Positions 1 through 8,147 of a DNA stretch of 64,000 nucleotides are shown one piece after another. The position numbers and the translations under genes are program-made. The DNA lies in the NCBI GenBank assembly GCA_964572985.1, contig CAZNIC010000007.1:3009-67008 (forward strand). The letters are read 5' to 3'. Within the stretch, counting starts at the first letter, position 1. Every line of letters begins with the position of its first letter. A model generated the notes under the pieces. The model was not told the origin of the DNA and did not search any database. It worked only from the letters and a program-made list of their open reading frames with translations. This DNA is from an uncultured Oscillospiraceae bacterium (GTDB lineage: Bacteria; Bacillota; Clostridia; UMGS1883).

Positions 1-1566
1 AAACCTCAAGAACTTTTCATAGCCCTTATACATCCAGTTCATGAACTTGTCAAAGGGTTTGAAAATAAAGCCAAGACGTTTCTTTGTGCCTGTTGTTGCT
101 TCAATTTTGGACGAAAGCATAGGCACAAGCAGGAATGTCACTATCAAAGAGGCAATCTGCGAGAAGATAATCGAGAACGCCAACTGCTTGAACATTTCGG
201 CAACCATATTATTGATGAATAATATGGGCACGTATACAATACATGTTGTGAGCACACTCGCTACAACCGCACCCATAACCTCGCCTGCACCCTTTATGGC
301 AGCAGTCATCTTGTCTTCGCCAAGCTCGTTACGGCGGCGGAAAATATTTTCAATAACAACAACCGCATTGTCAACCAGCATACCTACGCCAAGGGCAAGA
401 CCACCCAATGAAACAATGTTAAGGCTCATGCCGGAGAAATACATTACAATGAACGTTGTTATAACGGAAACGGGCATTGTAACACCGATTACCATACTTG
501 TTTTAAAGCTGCCGAGGAACAAAAGCAATATAACAATCGCAAGTATTGCACCCACTACAGCATTTTCTGCAACAGAGCCTACTGAGTTTTCAATATAGCT
601 GCCCTGTTCATAAATTGTTGTATATTTGAACTTGGGGTTTTCCTTTGCAACCGAATCAAGAACTTCAAAAATCTTATTTACAACATCAACGGTATTTGCA
701 TCGGATTCCTGGGTAATCGAGATAGAAATTGATTCTTCGTTATTAATTCTCGCATAGGAGGATGTGTCGGAATATGTATCGTTTACACTTGCGATATCCC
801 TAAGATACACAACCTGACCCATGCCGGTATTAAGCGGTACTCTTTCAATGTCATAAACGCTGTCAAACTTGTTTAATGTTCGCACGTTCATATCCTTGCC
901 TGACGCTGTTGTAACACCTGCGGCAAGGTCCTGGTTTTGCATTGCAACCATACCCATTATGGTGTCAAAGTTCATGTTGTAGCCAAACATTTTTTCGGGA
1001 GAAACAACGATTTCAATCTGTCTTTCCTCCGCACCTGCAACAGAAACCGATGCAACACCTGCAATACCCTCAAGACGGTTTACAATGTTATCTTCCACAA
1101 ACTGCTTTGTCTGTATATTGTCATAGCCTTCGTATGTAACACTTATCTGAGCCGCTGCCATCATGGATATATCAAGCTTTAAGACCATAGGTTCGCTTGC
1201 ACCCTCGGGGAGATATGCTTCGATAAGGGATATTTTGTCCTTCATATCCAAAACCGCATCGTCAATATCAACCCCTGTGTCAAACTCAATCATAACAAGG
1301 CTCAAGCCTTGACTTGACTGGCTTGTTATACCCGACACACCGCTAACGGAGCTTATCGCACTTTCAACTGTTTTTGTAACAAGGTTTTCGACTTCCTCTG
1401 CACCTACGTTTTCGTACTGAGTAACAACCGCCGCAATAGGAAGCTCCATCTCGGGCATCATTTCCATAGGAAGCATCGTAAGCGAATACAAACCGATAAC
1501 CACAAAAACCAATACCGCCATTACAACGGCAACGGGTCTTTTTACGGATAAGGCACTAAGTTTCAT
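1..1566 (-). CDS. Efflux RND transporter permease subunit (AcrB/HAE1-like), first 522 codons; the 3' end runs off the window edge
   Basis: The minus-strand frame is open from ATG 1566 to position 1. It is absent from the ORF track because there is no stop codon in the window. Translation begins MKLSALSVKRPVAVVMAVLVFVVIG and contains GLALGVGMLVDNAVVVIENIF, which is typical of RND pumps. An AAGGAG RBS lies upstream, and the gene follows the adaptor gene. Confidence 0.9.
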   Translation of the reverse strand, partial: MKLSALSVKRPVAVVMAVLVFVVIGLYSLTMLPMEMMPEMELPIAAVVTQYENVGAEEVENLVTKTVESAISSVSGVSGITSQSSQGLSLVMIEFDTGVDIDDAVLDMKDKISLIEAYLPEGASEPMVLKLDISMMAAAQISVTYEGYDNIQTKQFVEDNIVNRLEGIAGVASVSVAGAEERQIEIVVSPEKMFGYNMNFDTIMGMVAMQNQDLAAGVTTASGKDMNVRTLNKFDSVYDIERVPLNTGMGQVVYLRDIASVNDTYSDTSSYARINNEESISISITQESDANTVDVVNKIFEVLDSVAKENPKFKYTTIYEQGSYIENSVGSVAENAVVGAILAIVILLLFLGSFKTSMVIGVTMPVSVITTFIVMYFSGMSLNIVSLGGLALGVGMLVDNAVVVIENIFRRRNELGEDKMTAAIKGAGEVMGAVVASVLTTCIVYVPILFINNMVAEMFKQLAFSIIFSQIASLIVTFLLVPMLSSKIEATTGTKKRLGFIFKPFDKFMNWMYKGYEKFLRF

Positions 1567-1581
1567 CTTCTCACCTTCTCC

Positions 1582-2865
1582 TTATTCAATAATATTAACC
1601 TGGTTGTTTTTCTCGGAAAGGTATTCCTTACCTTGTACAACTACTTTTTCGCCGTCTGCTAAGCCTTCTGCAATCTGAGTATATACGCCGTCAGTTACAC
1701 CAATGATTACAGTTCTTTTTTCTGCAGTATTACCGTTTACGACATAAACATAATATCCGCTCTCGTCCTGCATGATGGATTTAGAAGATATTGCCACAAC
1801 ATCTTTTGCGCTCTGTGTTGTAACCAGTGTTACATCGGCAATCATACCCACGTTAAGCTTTTTATCGGTATTGGGCACACTTACACGTACAGTATACATA
1901 CCTGTCAAGGAATCCTTTACGGGGTTTACAACGCTTATGGTGCCTTCAACATCACTGAGAGATGCTGAAGATACGTTAACCATTGCCTTGCCACCCACTT
2001 CTACAAAGCCGATTACAGCTTCTGTGACACGGATTTCTGCTTCAAGGTTTTCGGGATTTGAAATTGTAAAGAGGGGACTGCCCGCTGCTGCAAACTGACC
2101 GAGAGCCACATTTTTTGCGGAAACATAGCCCGAGATAGGTGCTGTGATACGTGTAGCCGCAATATTTACTCTTGCCTGGTCTGCCGCAAGGGATGCCGCA
2201 TTCATAGCCGCTTCTGCTGTTTTTACCCCGTTTTCGGCACTCTGCTCGTTGCCGGGTGTGATAACATTTGTTACTATTTCGTAGTTTTTCTGTGCACTTT
2301 CATATGCAAGACGTGCGTTTTCGAGCTGAATCTGGGCTGTTTCATACACAACAAGGCTGATTGCCCCCATATTGTAGAGCTCTGTCTGTCTGTCAAAGTT
2401 TGTCTTGGCATTGTTATATGCAAGCTCAGTGCTTGTAACTGCCTGTTCAAGCTGGAGCTTTGTCTGATCGTTTACGCCGCCTACGTTGTCAAGACCTGTT
2501 TTTGCACTGTTGTATGCAGCCTGTGCCTGAGCATAGCTTGCTTCTGCCTGCTTGAGCTGGTAAGCATAGTCAGAGGAATCCAAAACCATCAGTACGTCGC
2601 CTGCGTTAACCCAATCTCCGACCTCGGCGTTGATTGTGAGTATTTTTGCCGAAACCTTGCTTGTAACCATTGCAGTGTCACTTGTGATTAATTCACCTGT
2701 ATAAGGTGCCTGTGTTTCAATATTGCGGATAGCCGCATTTTCAACTGTTACGTTTACACTCTGAACCTGCTGTGCCGCTTCTTTTCCTTCCTCGTTGTTA
2801 CAGCCTGCAAGAGAGCCTGCTGCAAGAAGAGCACATAATGTAAAGGACAATATTTTTTTATTCAT
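1582..2865 (-). CDS. Efflux RND periplasmic adaptor (membrane fusion protein) lipoprotein
   Basis: The ORF has a signal peptide plus lipobox (LAGC) and Ala/Gln-rich coiled-coil hairpin and barrel-sandwich regions. ATG 2865, with AGGAGG 9 nt upstream, is preferred over the TTG at 2871 used in the ORF track. The gene sits between the TolC-like gene and the RND gene. Confidence 0.85.
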   Translation of the reverse strand: MNKKILSFTLCALLAAGSLAGCNNEEGKEAAQQVQSVNVTVENAAIRNIETQAPYTGELITSDTAMVTSKVSAKILTINAEVGDWVNAGDVLMVLDSSDYAYQLKQAEASYAQAQAAYNSAKTGLDNVGGVNDQTKLQLEQAVTSTELAYNNAKTNFDRQTELYNMGAISLVVYETAQIQLENARLAYESAQKNYEIVTNVITPGNEQSAENGVKTAEAAMNAASLAADQARVNIAATRITAPISGYVSAKNVALGQFAAAGSPLFTISNPENLEAEIRVTEAVIGFVEVGGKAMVNVSSASLSDVEGTISVVNPVKDSLTGMYTVRVSVPNTDKKLNVGMIADVTLVTTQSAKDVVAISSKSIMQDESGYYVYVVNGNTAEKRTVIIGVTDGVYTQIAEGLADGEKVVVQGKEYLSEKNNQVNIIE

Positions 2866-2879
2866 AACCAAACTCCTCC

Positions 2880-4076
2880 TTAAATGCCGATAGTTGTATT
2901 ATAATCAAACTTTAAAACTGCCAATAAATATGTAAGACGTGCATTTTCGAGCTGAACCTTACAGCTGTCAAGCTCTACCATCTTGCTAGTAAGTTCAAGA
3001 TTTGTGATCATGCCCATTTCATATTTAATCTTTGCACTGTCATATTCCACCTGCTTGATTTCAAGACTGTTTTCTGCAGTGGTTATGCTGTCTTTAGCCG
3101 TTAATATTGACGCATATTCATTTTTAAGCGACAGCTTTATAAGCTTTGATGAATTCTGATATGTATATTCGCTCAAAAGGTATTCACTGTATGCACTGTT
3201 GTAAGCCGAAGTGTTTTTACCCATGTATGCACTTGTAATTTCAAAATACCTGTTCTGCAGCTCGTTGCTTTTGCGAAGCGCCGTAACATCATAACGGGTT
3301 TCAATAGCTTTTTCAATTTTTTCGTCTGCATTTTCAGGAAGAGCGGGCAACACTATCTCATCAGTAAGGACAAGCACCGTGTTTTCTGCGTCAATCCCCA
3401 GTGCAATTTTAAGGCTCTCTGTTGCAATTATAAGATTGCGCTTGTTGCTTTCAAGGGAGAACTCCGCACTTTTTACTGAATTTTCAACATTTTTTACCTC
3501 AAGCTCTGACACATAGCCAAGCTCAAAATTCTTCTTAACGATTTCTGCGTTTTCCTTTGCAATGGCAAGGCCTGTTTCGCTGATTTCGATAAGCTCTTCC
3601 ATGAGTTTTACGTTATAGTATTTCTGTGTGACATCATATGCTATTGTAGCTTTTGTCTTTTCCTTTTCCATTACAGCCAGGTCATAACCCACTGTCGCCG
3701 CATCAAGATAATACCCATGCTTGAGATATGCCTGCTCCAAGCCGTTTGACACATTTATTGCCACGCTTACGCCGGGAATTTTTGATAAATCCTTTTCAAG
3801 GGATTTATATTCCTTAGTCTGCTCCTCTGCCACATCTACCGAAAGAGACGCGCTCGTGATTTTTGCATCGTTTGCCAAAAGCTGTGAATTGTTTTCAAGC
3901 GCCAGATTAATAGCATCTTCACATGTAAGCGAAAGCACCGATTCCTCTTCCTTGACAAGCACCACATCTTCTATGATTTCTTCTGTACCAATCTCATCTG
4001 CAAAAGCGGGCACGCTCATTACTGTCATGCTCACGCCCAGCATTGTTGCAGTGATTTTTGCAATCATTTTTTTCAT
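2880..4076 (-). CDS. TolC-like outer membrane factor family protein, secreted
   Basis: 398 aa with signal peptide MKKMIAKITATMLGVSMTVMSVPAFA. It has two internally repeated halves rich in coiled coil, as in the OMF/TolC family. It is the first gene of the 3-gene efflux operon. Confidence 0.7.
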   Translation of the reverse strand: MKKMIAKITATMLGVSMTVMSVPAFADEIGTEEIIEDVVLVKEEESVLSLTCEDAINLALENNSQLLANDAKITSASLSVDVAEEQTKEYKSLEKDLSKIPGVSVAINVSNGLEQAYLKHGYYLDAATVGYDLAVMEKEKTKATIAYDVTQKYYNVKLMEELIEISETGLAIAKENAEIVKKNFELGYVSELEVKNVENSVKSAEFSLESNKRNLIIATESLKIALGIDAENTVLVLTDEIVLPALPENADEKIEKAIETRYDVTALRKSNELQNRYFEITSAYMGKNTSAYNSAYSEYLLSEYTYQNSSKLIKLSLKNEYASILTAKDSITTAENSLEIKQVEYDSAKIKYEMGMITNLELTSKMVELDSCKVQLENARLTYLLAVLKFDYNTTIGI

Positions 4077-4112
4077 GCCGATTACTCCTTTTTTTACTTA
4101 ACTGCGGACTTT

Positions 4113-4141
4113 AGTATACTCCCGCCTCGAGATAAAGTCAA
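4113..4141 (-). promoter_or_regulatory. Candidate sigma-A promoter of the efflux operon (TTGACT-17-TATACT)
   Basis: Read on the minus strand: -35 TTGACT (4141-4136), a 17-nt spacer, -10 TATACT (4118-4113). It lies about 35 nt upstream of the TolC-like ATG. Confidence 0.45.
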
Positions 4142-4302
4142 TTAACAATTTGTAAACAACTTAAACACAAAGTTAAAACAAAATCCTTTTATTCTATCGT
4201 TGCCGTAAGGTAACGTATTGAGTGCAGAGCACATATTGAAAATCTCATAAGAGCTTTATATCGACAAAAGTTCCTCTCAGAGTTCGACTCCCTTTCATAA
4301 AC

Positions 4303-4341
4303 AAAAAAAGGAAATATCCCTTTGAGATATTTCCTTTTTTT
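4303..4341. terminator. Rho-independent terminator hairpin flanked by A-run and T-run, downstream of tRNA-Leu
   Basis: Stem GGAAATATC/GATATTTCC with a 7-nt loop. An A7 run lies on one side and a T7 run on the other. It starts 2 nt after the tRNA 3' end. Confidence 0.65.
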
Positions 4342-4342
4342 G

Positions 4343-4429
4343 TGGTGCCGATGGTGGGAGTCGAACCCACACGGTGTTGCCACCGACGGATTTTGAGTCC
4401 GTTACGTCTGCCAATTCCATCACATCGGC
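4343..4429 (-). tRNA. tRNA-Leu (anticodon CAA), CCA encoded
   Basis: The reverse complement folds as a cloverleaf. The acceptor stem is GCCGATG/CATCGGC and the anticodon arm is ACGGA-CTCAAAA-TCCGT. It has a long variable arm, a T-arm TGGGTTCGACTCCCA, and a 3' CCA. Confidence 0.95.
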
Positions 4430-4439
4430 TTATTCAACT

Positions 4440-4477
4440 GCAAAAGTGATTATAGCACACCATAATCACTTTTGCAA
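4440..4477 (-). promoter_or_regulatory. 14-bp-stem palindrome that also spells a TTGCAA-17-TATAAT promoter for tRNA-Leu
   Basis: Hairpin GCAAAAGTGATTAT/ATAATCACTTTTGC spans 4440-4475. On the minus strand the -35 TTGCAA is at 4477-4472 and the -10 TATAAT is at 4454-4449. The tRNA 5' end is at 4429. Confidence 0.4.
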
Positions 4478-4490
4478 TAGTTTTTTTAAT

Positions 4491-5954
4491 TTAATCAACA
4501 GAAATTTTAAACACCACAGGTTTATCCGTTTTAATCAAGTCAGTTGTAACGTGCAAACCGTCTTCGTCTCTTGTCCACTCACACTTATCATAACCCAAAA
4601 CCTCCACGGATTTTATAATTCCGTGGAAATTAGGTTTTTTTGACGCATCCGCCTCGCCTAGGCTCTTAATACTTACACCATCTCTTCCCTGCATATTAAG
4701 ACATATCGCATAAATATTTTCGCCTTTTGTTGTAAAACGGATATCTTCATGTGTATAAGGCTTGGCTTCATTGTCCGCAAACTGACCTTCTTCAATTGTG
4801 GTGGGGCCTTCGCCTGATTTACGCCAAAGCTTTGCTCCGTATATGGCTTCGCCGTTCACTTTCAGCCACTCGCCTATCTCAAGAAGAATATTTTTGTCCT
4901 CTTCGGGGATAGTGCCGTCAGCTTTAGGTCCTACGTTGAGCAGTAGTCTGCCGTTTTTACTTACAATATCAACCATGTCTCGGATAATCTGTACAGCGCT
5001 CTTGTAGCTGTTGCCTTTTGTATAGCACCAGCTGTTTTTTGCAACAGAGGTATCTGTCTGCCACACATAGGGTTTAGTGTCCGCAAACTGACCGCGTTCA
5101 ACGTCCACAACCGCACAGCCAAACTGGAAAGCATCGTGCTTGTAGTTTATTACGACCTCTTTGCCCCATTCATCGGCACGGTTGTAATAATATGCCGCAA
5201 ACTTTTTAAGATACGGCTTTACACTGCTGTGCTGAATCCACCAGTCAAAGTACATAATACCGGGCTGATATTTGTCAACAATTTCGCAGCACCTTACAAG
5301 CCAGTCCTGTAAAAATTCTTCCGTAGGCGTAGGAGTTGAGAACAAATCATGATGGTCTCTCTCCGGCATACTGGGCCAGTACAAATCACCGCGCTTTAAA
5401 GGCTCTTTAATATCACTGTCAAATTCTTTGCCGTGGCCCATGAAAAACCAATGCTCTACACGGTGGCTGGATACGCCTCTTACCAAACCTTTCTTATCAA
5501 ACTCTGCATAAAGCTCACCGAGCACATTTCTCTTTGGTCCCATCCTTGCTGCATTCCATTCACTTATATCACTCTGGTACATCTGAAAACCGTCGTGGTG
5601 TTCACCTACGGGAATAACATACTGTGCACCTGAGTTTTTAAACAGCTCTGCCCATGCGCCCGGGTTAAACTTTTCCGCTTTAAACATGGGAATAAAGTCT
5701 TTATATCCAAAACTTTTATGCTCACCGTATGTTTTTATGTGGTGTTTATACTCCTCTGTCCCCTGTATGTACATTCCTCTCGGATACCATTCACTCCAAA
5801 ACGCCGGCACAGAGTACACACCCCAGTGAATAAATATGCCAAATTTTATATCTTCATACCAGCGGGGCACATGGTACTGAGACAAAGATTCCCACGTTGG
5901 TTTAAATCTTCCTTTTTCATTAACTTCATCTATCAATTTTAAATATTTTTCCAT
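4491..5954 (-). CDS. Alpha-L-fucosidase (GH29)
   Basis: Contains the GH29 N-terminal signature HWGVYSVPAFWSEWYPRGMY, and the length fits. ATG 5954 (GGAGG 7 nt upstream) is preferred over GTG 5960. Confidence 0.9.
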   Translation of the reverse strand: MEKYLKLIDEVNEKGRFKPTWESLSQYHVPRWYEDIKFGIFIHWGVYSVPAFWSEWYPRGMYIQGTEEYKHHIKTYGEHKSFGYKDFIPMFKAEKFNPGAWAELFKNSGAQYVIPVGEHHDGFQMYQSDISEWNAARMGPKRNVLGELYAEFDKKGLVRGVSSHRVEHWFFMGHGKEFDSDIKEPLKRGDLYWPSMPERDHHDLFSTPTPTEEFLQDWLVRCCEIVDKYQPGIMYFDWWIQHSSVKPYLKKFAAYYYNRADEWGKEVVINYKHDAFQFGCAVVDVERGQFADTKPYVWQTDTSVAKNSWCYTKGNSYKSAVQIIRDMVDIVSKNGRLLLNVGPKADGTIPEEDKNILLEIGEWLKVNGEAIYGAKLWRKSGEGPTTIEEGQFADNEAKPYTHEDIRFTTKGENIYAICLNMQGRDGVSIKSLGEADASKKPNFHGIIKSVEVLGYDKCEWTRDEDGLHVTTDLIKTDKPVVFKISVD

Positions 5955-6003
5955 TTTCACACCTCCGTGATTTTATTATAACACTTATATTATCTTTTAC
6001 AAT

Positions 6004-6039
6004 ACACAAAAAACTCGGTATAAACCGAGTTTTTTGTGT
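6004..6039 (-). terminator. Rho-independent terminator after hisIE
   Basis: CTCGG/CCGAG stem extended by A/T-run pairing (ACACAAAAAACTCGG...CCGAGTTTTTTGTGT). It lies 15 nt downstream of the hisIE stop. Confidence 0.7.
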
Positions 6040-6053
6040 ATTGTGCATTTGTT

Positions 6054-6683
6054 TTATCTGCGGTCTTTTAAAACGTCGTATACATCCTTAATATCCATGC
6101 CTCTCTCTGCAATCATAACAAGGAGATGATATATAAGGTCACTTGTCTCTAAAGCGATTTCCTTTTTGTCTTCGTTTTTAGCGGCGATAATAGTTTCGCT
6201 GCATTCTTCGCCGACCTTTTTGAGGATTTTGTCAATACCGCAGTCAAGGAGATAGTTTGTATAGCTGTCTTCCTTTGGGTTTTCTATTCTGTCAAGAATA
6301 ACCTTAAAGAGTTCGTCTAAGATAAACTCGCCCTTTTCTTCACACTTTGCATCAACAAGCTTACCATCCTCAATTTGTCTGTAAAAGCAGGTTTCTTCAC
6401 CTGTATGGCAAGCAGGGCCCTTGGGCTCTACTGTTACAAGGATTGTGTCCATATCACAGTCAACCTTGATTGATTTTACAAGCTGTGTATTGCCGCTTGT
6501 TTCGCCCTTGTTCCAAAGACTTTGTCTGCTTCTTGAATAAAACCATGTTGTACCTGTTTCGATTGTCTTTCTGAGGCTTTCCTCGTTCATGTACGCAACC
6601 ATGAGCACCTTTCCGTCCTCATGCTGCACAACCGCAGGCACTAAGCCTTTTTCGTCAAATCTTATATCTTTAATGAACTCCAT
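6054..6683 (-). CDS. hisI: Bifunctional phosphoribosyl-AMP cyclohydrolase / phosphoribosyl-ATP pyrophosphatase HisIE
   Basis: The N-terminal half carries the PRA-CH motif [27 protein letters not shown]. The C-terminal half is PRA-PH-like ([11 protein letters not shown]...[10 protein letters not shown]). Confidence 0.92.
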   Translation of the reverse strand: MEFIKDIRFDEKGLVPAVVQHEDGKVLMVAYMNEESLRKTIETGTTWFYSRSRQSLWNKGETSGNTQLVKSIKVDCDMDTILVTVEPKGPACHTGEETCFYRQIEDGKLVDAKCEEKGEFILDELFKVILDRIENPKEDSYTNYLLDCGIDKILKKVGEECSETIIAAKNEDKKEIALETSDLIYHLLVMIAERGMDIKDVYDVLKDRR

Positions 6684-6714
6684 ATTCTAAATCTTCCTTC
6701 CCTAAAACCACGTT

Positions 6715-6795
6715 GGGGACATTGCCTACCCACAGCCAAAGTGCAATCTCGCTTACCACATGCTAAACTGAAAACGAACGAATGGCTGTGTCCCC
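6715..6795. repeat. 81-nt nested inverted-repeat element (copy A) between hisA and hisIE
   Basis: GGGGACA (6715-6721) and CACAGCC (6731-6737) pair with GGCTGTG (6784-6790) and TCCCC (6791-6795). Positions 6716-6737 match 57218-57239 at 18 of 22 positions, and both copies end in GTGTCCC. Confidence 0.5.
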
Positions 6796-6835
6796 TTACC
6801 TTTTAAAATTGTTGCAATCACCTGATTAAAGTTTC

Positions 6836-7555
6836 TTAAAGTCCGCGACACAGCTTAACCGCTTCAGACAAATCAAGCTTGCCGTCATAAATTGCTCTGC
6901 CTGTGATAGCACCCTCAACGCCTGTTTTTAAAAGTGCCTTAATATCATCAATACAGCTTACGCCGCCCGATGCAATAACCTCGAGACCTGTTTCGTTGAC
7001 CATTTCACGCATTGCTTCAACATTAGGTCCGCACATTGCACCATCTGTTGCAATATCGGTGTATATAATAGTACGTACACCTGCTTTTTCGACTTTTTTC
7101 GCAAAATCAACGGCTGTAAAAGTACTCACTTTTTCCCAACCGTCCGTTGCAACAAAGCCATCTTTTGCATCGATACCAACAGCAATGCGACCCGGATATT
7201 TTTTGCACGCCTCTTCTACGAGAGCAAAATTCTTAACCGCTGCTGTGCCGAGTATTACCCTTGCAACCCCTGCAGACAAAAGCGCATCAATATCTTCCAT
7301 TGTACGGATGCCGCCACCTGTCTGCACACGCATGGCAACAGTTTCGCAGATTTTTTTAATAATCTCACGGTTCTTACCGTCACCGCTTCTGGCACCATCA
7401 AGGTCAACAACATGCAAAAAATCTGCACCTGAATTTTGCCATTTGAGAGCAGTTTCCACAGCATCGGTGGAATATACGGTTTTTTTATCATAATCGCCCT
7501 TGTAAAGACGCACACATTCGCCGTCTTTAAGGTCAATCGCGGGGTACATTCTCAT
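6836..7555 (-). CDS. hisA: ProFAR isomerase HisA
   Basis: MRMYPAIDLKDGECVRLYKGDY at the N-terminus, plus VIASGGVS and GAITGRAIYDG phosphate-binding motifs of the (beta-alpha)8 HisA fold. An AGGAGT RBS lies 6 nt upstream. Confidence 0.9.
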   Translation of the reverse strand: MRMYPAIDLKDGECVRLYKGDYDKKTVYSTDAVETALKWQNSGADFLHVVDLDGARSGDGKNREIIKKICETVAMRVQTGGGIRTMEDIDALLSAGVARVILGTAAVKNFALVEEACKKYPGRIAVGIDAKDGFVATDGWEKVSTFTAVDFAKKVEKAGVRTIIYTDIATDGAMCGPNVEAMREMVNETGLEVIASGGVSCIDDIKALLKTGVEGAITGRAIYDGKLDLSEAVKLCRGL

Positions 7556-7573
7556 AAAGTTACTCCTATGTAA

Positions 7574-7804
7574 TTATTTTACTATAAACATTTCAAGTTT
7601 TTGTTCCAGTTCAGCTGTGTCTTCGGTATAAGCACGCATCGTAACAGGTCTTGCCAAATCAAGAGAAAAAATTCCCATAAGGCTCTTTGCGTCAACCACG
7701 TATCTGCTTGATACAAGGTCAACATCAAAATCAAATTCGTTCACTATATCCACAAAAGTTTTTACATCAACAATGGAGGAAAGCATTACCTTAAAACTCT
7801 TCAT
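7574..7804 (-). CDS. HPr/Crh-like small protein lacking the His-15 phosphorylation motif
   Basis: FDFDVDLVSSRYVVDAKSLMGIFSL aligns with the HPr Ser-46 region (KSIMGVMSL). There is no G-x-HARPA motif at the N-terminus. ATG 7804, with an AAGGTGA RBS, is preferred over GTG 7813. Confidence 0.6.
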   Translation of the reverse strand: MKSFKVMLSSIVDVKTFVDIVNEFDFDVDLVSSRYVVDAKSLMGIFSLDLARPVTMRAYTEDTAELEQKLEMFIVK

Positions 7805-7829
7805 ACCAATCACCTTAACCTTTCAGATG

Positions 7830-7997
7830 TCAGTCCGTTATTTCAATACTGTCTAGTGTTTGTCTGAAACTTTTTCTTATTTCCCCTAAATATTCTGCGT
7901 AGAGCTCTTTTTGTTCCTTAAGCTCCACCTCTGTAAGTCCCTCTGTCTTTTTCTTTTTTGCTAAAAAACTTATTCTGTCGAGTTTCTTTTTTTCCAT
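7830..7997 (-). CDS. DUF896/UPF0291 (YnzC-like) small protein, 55 aa
   Basis: This ORF falls below the ORF-track length cutoff. Translation MEKKKLDRISFLAKKKKTEGLTEVELKEQKELYAEYLGEIRKSFRQTLDSIEITD follows the YnzC pattern (ELAxKxKxxxLTxEExxEQxxLRxEYL). It lies directly upstream of the HPr-like gene. Confidence 0.6.
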   Translation of the reverse strand: MEKKKLDRISFLAKKKKTEGLTEVELKEQKELYAEYLGEIRKSFRQTLDSIEITD

Positions 7998-8147
7998 AGT
8001 ACACATCCTTTCTCATGTACTTACGGCTAACTATACTCCTATTATTTTTGAATTTCAAGTTTTGTAACCAAATTGTAACATTGGTCTTTACTTTGATTTT
8101 TATTGGTGTTAAAATAGAACCATATCAAATAATCAGGAGGTTTAAAA

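Noticed and set aside
4270-4295. AGTTCGACTCCC, a 12-nt near-match to the T-arm of the adjacent tRNA-Leu, which could have marked an att site of an integrated element.
   Set aside because: It is in inverted rather than direct orientation relative to the tRNA. It has no flanking tRNA-like stems, and no integrase or cargo genes lie between the copies.
6903-7493. A 196-aa plus-strand ORF opposite hisA. Similar long antisense ORFs lie opposite rny (15603-16163), mutS2 (27881-28492) and the CorC-type gene (46854-47618).
   Set aside because: All lie inside confidently assigned genes on the other strand and have Ser/Pro/Thr-rich or Cys-rich compositions with no motifs.
8060-8090. A direct repeat, TTGTAAC-N5-TTGTAAC, upstream of the M34 protease gene, considered as a candidate operator.
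   Set aside because: It is short, AT-rich, occurs once and has no associated regulator gene. This is too weak to call.
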